Shown here: positions 1 to 15,084 of the stretch, one piece after another | Position numbering within the stretch: position 1 is the first letter of the stretch | Layout of the letters: each line of letters opens with the position of its first letter | NCBI RefSeq assembly: GCF_006345805.1 | Contig: NC_043011.1 | Coordinates: forward strand, 21,154,464 to 21,218,463 | Direction: 5' to 3' | DNA from: Octopus sinensis | Taxonomy: Eukaryota | Length of the DNA stretch: 64,000 nucleotides | Made by a program: the position numbers and the translations under genes | Notes under the pieces: model-generated | What the model saw: only the letters and a program-made list of their open reading frames with translations | What the model was told of the DNA's origin: nothing | Database searches by the model: none

Positions 1-179
1 ACTGCTTCACAACTGCTGTTCATTTATTTACATCCACATAACTTACTGGTTTCACAAGAACAAACTAATAGAATAAGTACTAGGCTTATCAACATAAAAA
101 AGCACTAGGCTGTGTCTCATATTTTTGTTTGCCCACTCAGTTGTATCTATCAATTTATCTTTGTATGTGTGTGTGTGTA

Positions 180-1560
<1,381 letters not shown>

Positions 1561-2680
1561 TATATATATATATACACAGAAAATTCTATACTAAATGCTA
1601 TAAGATATGTAAAAGAAGATTAAAAAAATATTATATAAATTATGTTATATACTATTAAATATATTATGCAAAACATGTACTGATATCAGTAATAGCCTAT
1701 ACAGTATATATACACTTGTCTCACACATATAATTCACTTATAATGTGTATGTAATACATATAATCTATATACATATAGATTACAATATAATATGATACTG
1801 TACATATGGAAAGACATTACAGTATGAAACGCTCATACAAATAAAATGCAATACAGCAAAGTATATGGTGAAAAATAATATAATTTAATATAATCAAATC
1901 TAATATTGCAATTTACAGTATGTCTATCAGGAATCATGCCCACATAATATAAGAAAAATTGAAAATCGAATATGAAAATCTAAAAATACCTACAACATGA
2001 TGTGCGCTTAGTATAAACTTGTACGTAAGTCAGAGGGCTGGCAAAACCGTTGCCGTAGTGGGAAAATGCTTAGCAACGATCCGTCCGTCTTTATGTTCTG
2101 AGCTCGACTTGGGTTCGGTAAAATAAGTATTATTTGAGCACTGGGATCGATGTGATCGACTTAACGGCCTGCTCTTGGAATTACTGACGTTGAGCCAAAA
2201 TTTGAAATCAATATTATAAAACAGCATGAAGTAATACAGTTTCAAATTTTAGTTCAAGGCCAGCAGTTTAGGGAGTGAGGCCAAGTCGATTAGAACGATC
2301 CCAGTTCTCAACTGGTACTTAATTTATGGATCCCGAGAGAATGGAAGGCAAAGTCGACCTCGGCGGAATTTGAACTCAGAATGTAAGGACGGACGAAATT
2401 CCGCTAAGAATTTTGCCCGGCGTGCTAACGATCCTGCAATAGTAATATCTCACTTATAATACATCGCATTTCACATAGCACATCCCAGTACAAGGTCCAT
2501 TCCTTGTTGCGGTGTGGTGATTTGTGTATCTCAATGACATTAAGAACTGTGAGAACGGGGCGCAAGCTCTTGTGCCTCATGTGCTGAACAAGTAAAAGAA
2601 CAGAAGCCAGATTAATGAGTTTGCATAGGGTAAAAACATCTACCTACAAAAAAAAAACAGCAACCAAAGACACAGAAGCA

Positions 2681-3020
2681 AGCGCGGCAGTATGGTAAGG
2701 AGCTTGCTCCCCAAACACATGGTTCTGGGTTCAGTCCTTGGGCAAGTGTCTTCTATTATAGCCCCAGGCCGACCAAAGCCTTGTGAGTGGATTTGGTTGA
2801 AGCCCGTCGTATATGTGTGTGTGTGTGTGTATGTTTGTCCCCTAGTACCGCTTGATAACTGATTTTGGTGTGTTTACGTTCTTGTAACTAAGCGGTTTCG
2901 CAAAAAAGACCGGCTTCACAAAAAAATAAATAAATCCTGGAGTTTATTCATTTGACAACAAATTCTTCAAGGCGGTGTCTCAGCATGACCACAGTATAAT
3001 GACTAAAGCAAGTGAAAGAT
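2681..3020 (+). mobile_element. SINE family A (tRNA-derived), diverged copy
   Basis: tggtaag A-box, ggttcagtcc B-box, ccttgggcaagtgtcttcta, internal (TG)n and family tail. Confidence 0.8.
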
Positions 3021-3029
3021 AAAAAATTA

Positions 3030-3165
3030 AAGGATCATCAAAGACAATTCAAAATGGACATGTCATGGGAGAGGAAAACCTTAAAAGAGTGCCCACAGTG
3101 GAGAAGAGTGGAGAAAAGTCGTCGATAGCCTATGCTCCACAGGGAGAGAAGGGCTTAATTAAGTT
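3030..3165 (+). mobile_element. RTE-like LINE extreme 3' fragment
   Basis: Translates WRKVVDSLCSTGREGL, resembling RTE ORF C-termini. Confidence 0.4.
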
Positions 3166-3546
3166 GCATACTAAACCACACATAAATCGGTGAACTGGCA
3201 GTGTCGTTAGAACGTTGGGTGGAATGTTTCACAAAATATTTCACGAAAGTTAGTGAAATGTTTAAAATATTTACAGTTGGATAGATAGACAAATATAACA
3301 AAATAATTTGATAAAAAATGTGAATTTTTAATTATTTTCTGAGATTTTATAAAAACAACAAAAATATTTTTTAATTTTCTTTTTTTTTAATCAAATATGA
3401 TCATTTGCTCTCTGAGTTCAAATCTCGTCGAAGTCAACTTCGTCTTTTTATCGTTTCGGATGGCTGAACTGTTAGCAAGTCGAACAAGATCCCTTGCAGT
3501 ATTCGGTCAAACCCTTCTTAAAGTAGATGATAAGTCTTGGTGTCAG

Positions 3547-3775
3547 CAGGGCCGGTTTTAAGCCAATTAGACAGATTTGTCCATACTGGGCCCCCTGCCA
3601 AAAAATGGCCCTGCACACTCGTTCAAGCGGAAAATTCTATGTGAATTTTTTAGCATATCATTGTGGCTAATGGTGGCGTACTACACGAAGCATAAAACAT
3701 TAATGTTCAGCTTTTATTGGGTAGAGAGACCCACCAAAAATTCTCTGAGCCCTGCACTTCTTAGCGCCGGACCTG
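3547..3775. mobile_element. hAT-type MITE
   Basis: TIRs cagggccgg / ccggacctg. 8-bp TSD ggtgtcag (3539-3546) / ggtgtcat (3776-3783). Confidence 0.8.
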
Positions 3776-5052
3776 GGTGTCATAGAGTTAGGAGAAATGT
3801 ATACTTGGACAGCTGCCAGCTTCCCTAAAATGATCTTGCCGAGGCTTGCCTATATATGTGCAGATGCCTTCACAGGGGTCCTATTCACATATAGAACACA
3901 AAAACTCAATACAATACATAAAAATAATTTAAAATGTGCGATAAAATACTAGGAAAAACGTACACGTCATTGAATAAAGAGATATAAACACAGTGGCAAA
4001 ATATATGTAAGGAAACACACACACATACGTACAGGGACAGAGAAATGTTTGTATTGTATAATAAGCCATATGGTATTCAATATGATGAATTAAATCTACA
4101 TAAAAGAAAATTACTAATAAATTTTACACGTACTGAGATATATACATACAAATTTACACACACACACACACACCACACACACACACATATACACACTTAT
4201 ATATTCATACACATATATATACAAATATATGGGTACAGACACACATTTATTAGATTTATTGCTGAGTAAAATTTATTCATTTAAATTCAGGCCTGTATAG
4301 AAACGTTAATTTAATCACATCACGTCTTTCTAATGAATGACGTGATTCGAATAAACAGATTTAGAAAAGGCTTAACCTTTTAAAAACTCAGGTTTAAAAT
4401 AACAGTTTATACTAATATTAAGATTGTTAATTTCCCAGATATCACTTTCATTCTAAATAGGGGCAAATATCTACCAAAGGAAAAGGCAAAAATAGATCAA
4501 ACATTTTCTTACGTAAGCTTTCTAGTAACCTCTTACGTAGTAATTAAAACCAAGTCAGTAACATAATTAGGTGGATTTCTAACATCTATTCTTGCATTAT
4601 AATGTTTTAGTATTAAAGATGAACTATTATACATGTAAAGCATTAGTTATAGTTTACGTCACATGAATTTAGAAACTTTGAGAGACATGAAATAAATCGT
4701 TTTTACTTGTGGAACTCGAAGTAGATAGAGCTATAAATAATAACTTGTAAATCGTTGGTTAAAAAATCCTCGAAGGTTTCGACTTTTTCTATCAAAGGTT
4801 TTTTTTTTTAAATCCAATATTCACACGCTATTATTTACGGCTTTAACTATACTGTAGTCTTTTGAATTTCTGCCATTTTGGGGTTTCCTGGTATCTGAGT
4901 GAGGTAGCAATCAGCCCCGTTTACTATCATTCCTTGGGCACCTATGACAACAGGTATTGTTTTAGTCTTCAGGTTCTACACTATGCCAATTTCTATTTCA
5001 AGACCTTTATACTTGCTCATTTTAAGCCTCTACTTAGTTTTATTTTAAAAAC

Positions 5053-5341
5053 TTGTTTAGTCATTAGACTGCGGCCATGCTGGAGCACTACTTTGAAGAA
5101 TTTTCAGTTGAGCAAATCGGCTCAAGTACTTATTTTTCTTTTAAAACGTGGTACTTCTTCTATCGGTCTCTTTTGCCGAACCGCAAGATTACAGGTACGT
5201 AAACACTCCAACATCGGTTGTCAAACGGTGATAGGGGACACAGTAGAAACACACACACATACATACAAATATACTCACACATACATACATACGCACGCAC
5301 GCACATACATACATACATACATACATACATACATACATACA

Positions 5342-5372
<31 letters not shown>

Positions 5373-5528
5373 GTACACGACGAACTTATTTGAGTTCCCG
5401 TCTACCAAATCCACTCACAAGGCTTTGGTCGGCCCGACTCTATAGTACAAAACACTTGCCCAAGGCACCACACAGTGGAACTGAACCCAAGATCTTGAGA
5501 TTGGGAAGCAAGCTTCTTACCACACACA
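5053..5528 (-). mobile_element. SINE family A copy
   Basis: Reverse complement of the family A consensus with internal (CATA)n. Confidence 0.85.
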
Positions 5529-5639
5529 TCTTAAATATCTTTTCTAAACAGTAAAATATTTTCTACACCTAATATATAAGAGTTTTTCTCGCCCTCACAG
5601 ATACAAGAAGCTCTTTTGTAAAAATATTATTTTGTATTT

Positions 5640-5916
5640 AGACGCCCTTCTCAAGCCTAGCCAGGCTCATGGACCCGGTTTCCCGGTTTCTGTGGTGTAT
5701 GTGTTCCCTCCAGCTGGACGGGACACCAGTCCATCGCAGCGTTACTCAAGAAACAGGAAGAAAGAGTGAGAGAAAGAGTACAACAGGGGTCGCCACCACC
5801 CCTGCCAGAGACTCGTAGAGCTCTAGGTGTTTTCGCTCAATAAACACACACAGCGCTCGATCTGGGAATCGAAACCGCGAGTCCGCTGCCTTAACCACTG
5901 GGCCATTGCGCCTCCA
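5640..5916 (-). mobile_element. SINE family C (tRNA head, V-domain-like core)
   Basis: Minus strand begins ggaggcgcaatggcccagtggttaaggcagcggac...tttcgattcccag. Contains ctgcgatggactggtgtcccgtccag, resembling the V-SINE domain. A second decayed copy surrounds the mariner (about 5975-7090). Confidence 0.7.
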
Positions 5917-6037
5917 TTGTAAAATTAGAGTAAAATTTAATTATAGGCACACCAAAAGCTTGCCATTTTAATCATCATCCCCAGGACATTATTGTCTTGA
6001 GGTCTAGGACTCATAGTGCCGGTTTCTATGGCATATA

Positions 6038-6909
6038 CGATGTGGTATCAAAAAATTCCCGGACTAGGTGACAGCACATGGTTACATGCGCAGTAAGAGC
6101 TAGAAGTAACCTTCATGAGGCAGTGTGCCGAGTGACATCACTGTGTTTATTTCGCAAGTTATGAAATTTGTGTTTTGTGGTTACGTGCGATTTTTGTTAC
6201 GGGCACGACTTTGGAACAAAGAGCCAACGTGAAATTCTGCGTTAAACTTGGGAAGTCTGTTTTAGAGATATTGCGCATGCATCGGCAAACTCACGGCGAC
6301 TAGGCAATGGGTTGGACACAATGTTTCAAGTGGCACGGGCGCTTGGCAGAGCCGCTGCTCAATCAAGAGCATGCTCGTCGTTTTTTCGATATCTGTGGTA
6401 TTGTCTATCGAGAATTCGGTCCCCCAGGGTCAAGCCGCCAATCGAGAGTTCTACTGCGATGTTTCGAAGTTTTTGAGGGAGGACATTCAGCGAAAACGGC
6501 TGGATCTGTGGAGCGCGAAGAATTGGATTCTTCACGACAACAATGTGACAGCACTTTGTCACCGAGTTCTCCTCACTTACGAGTTTCTCGCTAAAAACAA
6601 CATGGTATCTCTTCCGCACCCATCTTATTCGCCAGATTTAGCACCTGCGTACTCCAAGAGGAAAAGGCAAACTCAAAGGTCACCGTTTTAACACCGTCGT
6701 TGAGATTCAGATCGAATCGCAGAAGGTGATCGACTTGCCTACGGAAAACGACTTCCAGGCTGGATGACAAAAGCAGCAGGAACACTGGAATCGGTCTATT
6801 GCTGCACAAGGGGATTATTTCGAAGGAGACCATGCTAAAACTTAGGTAAATAAGCTATGTTTTTTTTTATAAAACATAACTAGTTCGGGAACTTTTTGAT
6901 ATCACCTCG
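6038..6909 (+). mobile_element. Internally deleted mariner transposon
   Basis: ~28-bp TIRs (cgatgtggtatcaaaaaattcccggact / agttcgggaactttttgatatcacctcg) and TA flanks. Transposase remnant WILHDNN...HPSYSPDLAP. Confidence 0.9.
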
Positions 6910-7119
6910 TAAGTAACCAAGATCACAACATAATCCCTGACCAGGACGCCAGTCCGTTGCAGGGTTACCCAGTTAAGCTGAAAAACTGGAGTAATAAGGA
7001 ATGAAGTATTTTGCTCAAGAACCCAACTGTTTCAGGAATCGAAACTACAATCTTGACTGCAATGACTAGGTCACGTGCCTTCACCATTTTGATATCAAAG
7101 GTAAATTAAGAAATGTGAC

Positions 7120-7297
7120 TGGCTGTGTAGTAAGTAGCTTGCTTACCAACCGCATGGTTCTGGGTTCAGTCCCGCTGCGTGGCACCTTGGGCAAGTATCT
7201 TCTACTATAGCCTCGGGCCGACCAAATCCTTGTGAGTGGATTTGGTAGATGGAAACTGAAAGAAGCCCGTCGTATATATATGTATATACATACATAC

Positions 7298-7392
<95 letters not shown>

Positions 7393-7605
7393 GTATGAAT
7401 ATGTTTGTGCGTCTGTGTTTGTTCCCCCAACATCGCTTCACAATCGATGCTAGTGTTTTTACGTCCCCGTCACTTAGCGGTTCGGCAAGAGAGACCGATA
7501 GAATAAGTACTAGGCTTCCAAAGAACAAGTCCTGCGGTTGATTTGATTGACTAAAGGCGGTGCTCCAGCATGGCTGCAGTCAAATGACTGAAACAAATAA
7601 AGAAA
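7120..7605 (+). mobile_element. SINE family A copy
   Basis: Full head-to-tail match with internal (TA)n. Confidence 0.9.
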
Positions 7606-7889
7606 AAGAATATACAAAACTTATAAACACAAGTACCACCATACTATCCAACAATGAAGAAGTTTAGACTTTGATCTCTATGGAATTGTAATAATACTAC
7701 TTTTTGCTTCTTCAAGAGAAAATGCATCAACAGGATATTAGCATATTCCGCGAAAGTTATTTCGTTTCATTGTGTAAGAATTGTAGCAGAATAATCAATA
7801 CTTTTCAAAGATGATATATGCATTCATCCACCCAGAACAAACGACATGTCATTGGCAAAATGTATCTGGAATCTGAAAAAAAATAATAA

Positions 7890-8088
7890 TGATAAAGGCC
7901 TGCAATTTTGGAGGAAGGGACCAGTCGATTACACCGACCTGTGTTTCACTAGTACTTAATTTATCGACCCCGATACGATGAAAGGTAAAGTCGATCTCGG
8001 CGGAATTCGAACTCAGAATATAACGACGGACGAAATACCGCTAACTATTTCGTACAGCGTGCTAACGATTTTGCCAGCTCGACGCCTT
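7890..8088 (-). mobile_element. SINE family B copy
   Basis: Reverse complement of ggcgagctggc...gagttcgaattccgccgagatcgactttacctttcatc. Further copies at about 2030-2440, 9675-9875, 15860-16075, 26080-26510, 27265-27460, 27740-28650, 30895-31117, 35145-35377, 37590-37790, 41745-41978, 45275-45420, 46945-47290 and 47686-47900. Confidence 0.85.
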
Positions 8089-8089
8089 G

Positions 8090-8161
<72 letters not shown>

Positions 8162-8180
8162 GTAATAATAGTAATAATAA

Positions 8181-8625
8181 TATTCTGCTCAATACCACAG
8201 ATTTGCTTGTCAGTTGTTTGGCCTTAACCAGTTGAGCATGTCCCTTAGAGGCTGACGATATGTGCATCTCTGATCACGAGCAGAAGTAGTGGGGGAGCAT
8301 CATGGCCATGTGTTGAGAGGGATTCTTTGGGGTTTGAATAATTCACCTCTGGAAACATAGGTGTTTCGTTCAACATCCTAAAGCAACCCTTATTCAGGGA
8401 CCTTTTGAGCAGGATGGGCTACTCAACCTGAAGAAAATTCTAACTGGGCTCCACCTGCAAGGTCATGTGCTGTTTATCTTGATATGAGATCACCATGTCG
8501 CGCACATATGGTTGTGATGCATGTGCCTGGTGTACCTTTATCAGACGGGTAGTCATGATGGGTATATTGGGCTTCGTATATTTTACCCCAGTGTCACTTT
8601 GATGGCATGAACTGCTCTCTCACTC
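8181..8625 (+). mobile_element. Unclassified (TAA)n-tailed retroposon 3' end (element X), copy 1
   Basis: High-identity copies at 24935-25227 and 26533-26916. Ends ctctcactc(aat)n. No ORF. Confidence 0.75.
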
Positions 8626-8666
<41 letters not shown>

Positions 8667-8710
8667 TAGTAATAATAATAACAATAATAATAATGATAAT
8701 AATAATAATA

Positions 8711-9620
8711 AAGAAAAAAACTCTCAATGGCAAATACCCAAAGAGAGCTAATAATGCCGATTTTGACAAAGCCCTTACCCATCAATGGTTAAAGGCTTCT
8801 TGCTTAAAATCAGTAAACAGAAGGGTTTATCATAAAAGCCCAAGATCAATGCCTACCTACAAGAAGCTACCAGGCCAACATATTAAAAACGGTAGCTTCC
8901 TAACATGTCGTGTATGTCAACAACAAAATGAAACCATTGATCATGTCTGCATGTGCAGTCTTCTTGCGCCTACAGAGTATCTCAACAGGCATGATAGAGC
9001 TGCACAATATATTCACTGGGTAATTTGCAAAAACCTGGACCTGCCCCATGATAAAAACTGGTGGGAATCCAAACCACCTCCAGTGCTTGAAAATGACCAC
9101 ATCTCACTCCTCTGAAACTTCACCATTCAAACTGACAGAAAGATAGATTGGAAATAGGCCAGACATTATATTGAAAGACTTCAGACAAAAATCATGCCTC
9201 CTCATTGATATGACTGTCCCAATCGATATAAACGTATCTGTCAAGGCCTACCAAAAACTGAGCAAGTATAAAGATCTTGAAATAGAAATTGGCAAAATGT
9301 TGAACCTGAAGACTAAAACAATACCTGTTGTTATAGGTTCCCAAGGAATGATAGCAAATGGGGCTGATTGCTACCTAGCTCAGATACCAGGAAACCCCAA
9401 AATGGCAGAAATTCAAAGGATAGTGCTCACGGGAACTGCCCATATCCTACGTAAAATACTATGTAATATCAAATTTTAAAACAAACTCATAATTTTCTTA
9501 TGTTCTCTTAAACATTCTCTAGAACAATAATATGTACGAAACCAAATATAGGACATTCTAACTTGTCTCTTGAGGTCTCTGAGACTTGGAGCCAACTTCT
9601 ACAAATGCAAAGCAAAAGTC
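8711..9620 (+). mobile_element. R4/Dong-clade non-LTR retrotransposon, 5'-truncated (family B)
   Basis: CRVCQQQNETIDH zinc knuckle, RHD motif, RPD...LIDMTVP...QKLSKYKDLEIE restriction-like endonuclease, GTAHILRKIL end. Flanked by (TAA)n/(CAA)n. Confidence 0.9.
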
Positions 9621-9657
<37 letters not shown>

Positions 9658-10089
9658 AATAATAATAATAATCCTTTCTACTATAGGTACAAGGCCCAAA
9701 TTTTGGTGGGAGGGGTTAAGCCAATTACATTGACCCCAGTACTCAACTGGTACTTATTTTATCGACTCCGAAAGGATGAAAGGCAGAGTGGACCTCGGCG
9801 GGATTTGAACTCAGACCGTAAAGACGGGCGACTACTGCTAAGCATTTTGCTCGGTACTGCCAGCTCGCCGCCTTAATGATGATGATGATGATAGCAATAA
9901 TAATAATATAATAATAATAATAATAATATAATAATAATAATAATAATAATAATGATAACAGATAAAAACAGCTCCAAACCATCACTGGAACTGCAAAAAT
10001 CTGTAAAACTTTCCAGAAGTTTATTGTTTAAGTATATATGAGCATATCTAGAATACCACTATATGCATGAGAATACATACATGAAACAA

Positions 10090-10505
10090 AACACACAAAT
10101 TTGCTCAGGAGTGGCTGTGTGGTAAGTAGCTTGCTTACCAACCACATGGCTCCGGGTTCAGTCCCGCCACGTGGCACCTTGGGCAAGTGTCTTCTACTAT
10201 AGCCTGGGGCCGACCAAAGCCTTGTGAGTGGATTTGGTAGTCGGAAACTGAGAGAAGCCCGGCGTATATATGTATATTGTATGTGTTTGTGTGTCTGTAT
10301 TTGTCCCCCCCCCCCACAACATCGCTTGACAACCGATGCTGGTGTGTTTACGTCCCCGTAACTTAGCGGTTCGGCAAAAGAGACCGATAGAGTAAGTACT
10401 AGGCTTACAAAGAATAAGTCCTGGGGTCGATTTGCTCGACTAAAGGCTGTGCTCCAGCACGGTCGCAGTCAAATGACTGAAACAAATAAAGAGTAAGAGT
10501 AAGAG
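10090..10505 (+). mobile_element. SINE family A copy
   Basis: Near-consensus full copy. Confidence 0.9.
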
Positions 10506-11129
10506 TATGCACTGACTCCAAATACTGCACATATACACACATACATCCCAAACTACCTTGTTGTTCTTGAAATTCCAATGAAGGAGCCTTGGATCTAGGT
10601 TAGAAACCGGCTCTTTATTGGCAAGAAAGCTTGAAATAAAACTGAATAGTGACATACACACACATAGGGTATATCATGTTCTCCAGTAATGTTAAAAGAA
10701 GTAAATCTATTTATTGATAAAGCCAAACGATTTATGAAGCGTATAGAAGAATATGATCACCTAAATAAGCTGTTGATTAAAACTTTTAATTGTTGCTTGG
10801 GGGCTGATGATAATGTATTAAAAAAATCAATTGCTTGCAATTTCAATTTTGTAACTTATGTAGTGTATGTTTTTTGGTTCTTCTTGATCTGTTGCTACGT
10901 GAGAGCTTTCTTCTCAACATTTACGTGGGAAGCTGTGTTATCGAAATAGAAGTTATTTTTGTTATATTTTCTGTATTTGATTCGTAAGTTTAGTAACTTC
11001 GCTTTGGTGTCTTTAGTTCGTTCTTAATCATGTTATATGTATATATATATATTTATATATATATGTGTGTGTGTGTATGTATGTATGTATGTATGTATAT
11101 ATATATAAACGGTAATGTCCGTTTTGGCT

Positions 11130-11790
11130 TATTTTGTGGTAAAAACTTTGTTTCCCAACCACATAGTCCCGAGTTCACTCTTGCTGCGTGGTACCTTGAG
11201 CAAGTGTCTTCTGCTATAGCCTCGGGCCGACCAAAGCCTTCTTATGGGTTTAGTAGACGGAAACTGAAAGCTCGTCGTATGTATGTATGTATGTATGTAT
11301 GTATGTATGTATGTATGTATGTATGTATGTATGTATGTGTGTGTGTATTTGTGTTTGACCCCAGTAGCGCTTGAGAACCTGTGTTGATGTGCTTACATCC
11401 CCATAAATCAGCAGTTCGACTAAAGATAGGAGAACAAAAGTTGCTGTGTACCGTGCTTGTGTACTGACGTCGCTTCTCTACTTATATGAGACATGGACTC
11501 TGTACAAACGTCAGGTAAGGGTCCTTGAACGTTTTCATCAGAATGGTCTTCCTCGGTCACGAGTGGACGGCCATCACCATCATGTATGTATGTGTGTGTG
11601 TATTTGTGTTTGACCCCAGTAGCGCTTGAGAACTTGTGTTGGTGTGCTTACATCCCCATAAATCAGCGGTTCGACAAAAGATACCGATAAAATTTTTAAA
11701 AGTACTGGGGTCGATTCATTCGACTAAAATTCTTCAAGCTGGTGCCCCAGCATGGCCGCAGTCTAATGACTGAGCAAGTAAAAGAATAAA
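11130..11790 (+). mobile_element. SINE family A copy interrupted by an RTE fragment
   Basis: Family A head and tail, with an internal duplication around 11429-11580. Confidence 0.8.
11429..11580 (+). mobile_element. RTE-clade LINE internal fragment
   Basis: Translates RTKVAVYRACVLTSLLYLYETWTLYKRQVRVLERFHQ, typical of the RTE RT C-terminal region. Confidence 0.8.
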
Positions 11791-12277
11791 TGAATGTATA
11801 TTTAATAGCTGCAGCTCTGTAAAGGTTTATTCGATTTTACATTTTATGGAAGCATTTTTTTTCGTTCATGTGCCAAGTAATTTATGTTTAAATGGAGATA
11901 TTTTATCCTTTTAGTTATTTTTCCACATTTAATTGATTTATATATTCACTAATTCCAGTTTGTTACGTTTAGTTTGTTTTTATTTTTTATAGTTCTTTAG
12001 GTGAAAATGTCCGTTTTGGTTTATTTTTTATTTGATCTGATTTATATATTTAATAGCTACTGCATATATCTGTGTGTCTGTATATGTCTCCCAACATCGC
12101 TTGACAACGAATGCTGGTGTGTTTACGTCCCCTTAACTTAGCGGTTCGGCCAAAGAGCCCGATTGAATAAGTACTAGGCTTACAAAGAATAAGTCCTGCG
12201 GTCGATTTGGTCGACTAAAGGCGGTGCTCCAACATGGCCGCAGTCAAATGACTGAAACAAGTAAAAGCGTAAAAGAG

Positions 12278-12302
12278 TATACATACATACATACATACAT
12301 AT

Positions 12303-12333
<31 letters not shown>

Positions 12334-12513
12334 CATACATACAAACATACATACATACATACATTCATTCATACATACATACATATATACATACATACAT
12401 ACATTCATACATACATACATACATTCAATCATTCATACATACATACATACATACATGCATACATACATACATACATACATACATACATACATACATTCAT
12501 TCATACATACATT

Positions 12514-12545
<32 letters not shown>

Positions 12546-12864
12546 CATACATACATACATACATACACATACATACATACATACATTCATACATATACAT
12601 ACATACATACATACTACATACATACATACATACATCATACATACATACATACATACATCATACATACATACATACATATATATACATACATACAAACATA
12701 CATACATACATACATTCATTCATACATACATACATATATACATACATACATACATTCATACATACATACATACATTCAATCATTCATACATACATACATA
12801 CATACATGCATGCATACATACATACATACATACATACATACATACATTCATTCATACATACATT

Positions 12865-12896
<32 letters not shown>

Positions 12897-13460
12897 CATA
12901 CATACATACATTCATACATATATACATACATACATGCTTACATTCATACATACATACATACATACATATATACATACATACATACATTCATACATACATA
13001 CATACATACATTCATACATATATACATACATACATATATACATACATTCATACATACATACATACATACACACACACATACATACATACATATATACATA
13101 CATACATACAAACATACGTACATACATACATGCATACATACATACATACATACATACATACAACATACATACATACATACATACATACATACATACAAAC
13201 ATACATACATACATTCATTCATACATACATACATATATACATACATACATACATTCATACATACAAACATGCATACGTACATACAAACATTCATACATAC
13301 ATACATACATACATACATCCATACATACATACATACAAACATACATACATATATACATTCATACATACATACATGCATACATACATACATACATACATAC
13401 ATACATACATACATCCATCCATCCATCCATCCATCCATCCATACATACATACATACATAC
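12278..13460. repeat. ~1.2 kb imperfect (CATA)n microsatellite
   Basis: Direct reading. Confidence 0.98.
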
Positions 13461-13748
13461 GTATTCGAAATTCATGCGAGCATGTGAGAGTTCAGCCAAT
13501 TTGAAACGATGAAATCTTCGTATAAAATATATTAAACCAGTGAACCACACACTCACATATATTCATTAATAACTCCCCTTCCGTCTCTCTTCCCTCCAGC
13601 CTCTTTCCTTCTGTCTTCCTTTCTCTCTGTCCGTCTCTCTCCGTCGGCCTCTCTCTCTATATATCTGTCTGTCTTTGTATCTATCTGTCTATCTATTTCT
13701 CTATCTGACTCTCTTCTTCCTCTCCTCATTCTCACCCCCCTCTCTCTC

Positions 13749-14213
13749 ACACACACACACACACACACTTTCTCCCTCACGCTCACACACCGACAACAAG
13801 CGGACACACACAGGAAAGGTACTTTGTGTGCAAGCTACAAAAACTACAACGACTGGTTGATCACCAAGGGACACTCACGTGACCTTTGTGTCACCGAGGC
13901 AAAACAATCGTGGGATACCGTCCCAAAAGAAATCACACGAGCTTGGTTGTTTATTTTCAGCGCTCAGCCATGTCAACAGCATCCCGGTGAGCCCCAGCTT
14001 CTATTGTACCGCCGTGGGTCTTTATTTTGTTTTTCTTTCTGTCTTTCTCTTTTATGCTTTAACGCTATTGTTGGATATTATGTTTCAAAAGCATGGATTT
14101 ATACTCCATATATATATGTATATATATGTGTATGTGTGTGTGTGTGTATACTTATATATGTATATATATATGTACATACATAGGTACATATACACGTATA
14201 CATATATATACAC

Positions 14214-14266
<53 letters not shown>

Positions 14267-14271
14267 AACAA

Positions 14272-14308
<37 letters not shown>

Positions 14309-14900
14309 CACAATTTCTGCTGCTTTTAAATAAAGCATATTACTCTACCCCTGGTATTTGAGTACTCTTTTTTTCCCCTTGTTTCACATTTATTTGTTTA
14401 CTCCGGTATACACACACACACACACCACACACACACACACACCACACACACACACTTTCTCCCTCACGCTCACACACCGACAACAAGCGGACACACACAG
14501 GAAAGGTACTTTGTGTGCAAGCTACAAAAACTACAACGACTGGTTGATCACCAAGGGACACTCACGTGACCTTTGTGTCACCGAGGCAAAACAATCGTGG
14601 GATACCGTCCCAAAAGAAATCACACGAGCTTGGTTGTTTATTTTCAGCGCTCAGCCATGTCAACAGCATCCCGGTGAGCCCCAGCTTCTATTGTACCGCC
14701 GTGGGTCTTTATTTTGTTTTTCTTTCTGTCTTTCTCTTTTATGCTTTAACGCTATTGTTGGATATTATGTTTCAAAAGCATGGATTTATACTCCATATAT
14801 ATATGTATATATATGTGTATGTGTGTGTGTGTGTATACTTATATATGTATATATATATGTACATACATAGGTACATATACACGTATACATATATATACAC

Positions 14901-14946
<46 letters not shown>

Positions 14947-14951
14947 AACAA

Positions 14952-14986
<35 letters not shown>

Positions 14987-15084
14987 CACAATTTCTGCTG
15001 CTTTTAAATAAAGCATATTACTCTACCCCTGGTATTTGAGTACTCTTTTTTTCCCCTTGTTTCACATTTATTTGTTTACTCCGG

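Noticed and set aside
10108-10180. tRNA genes at SINE heads
   Set aside because: Only A/B-box-like remnants continuing into SINE bodies, with no complete cloverleaf.
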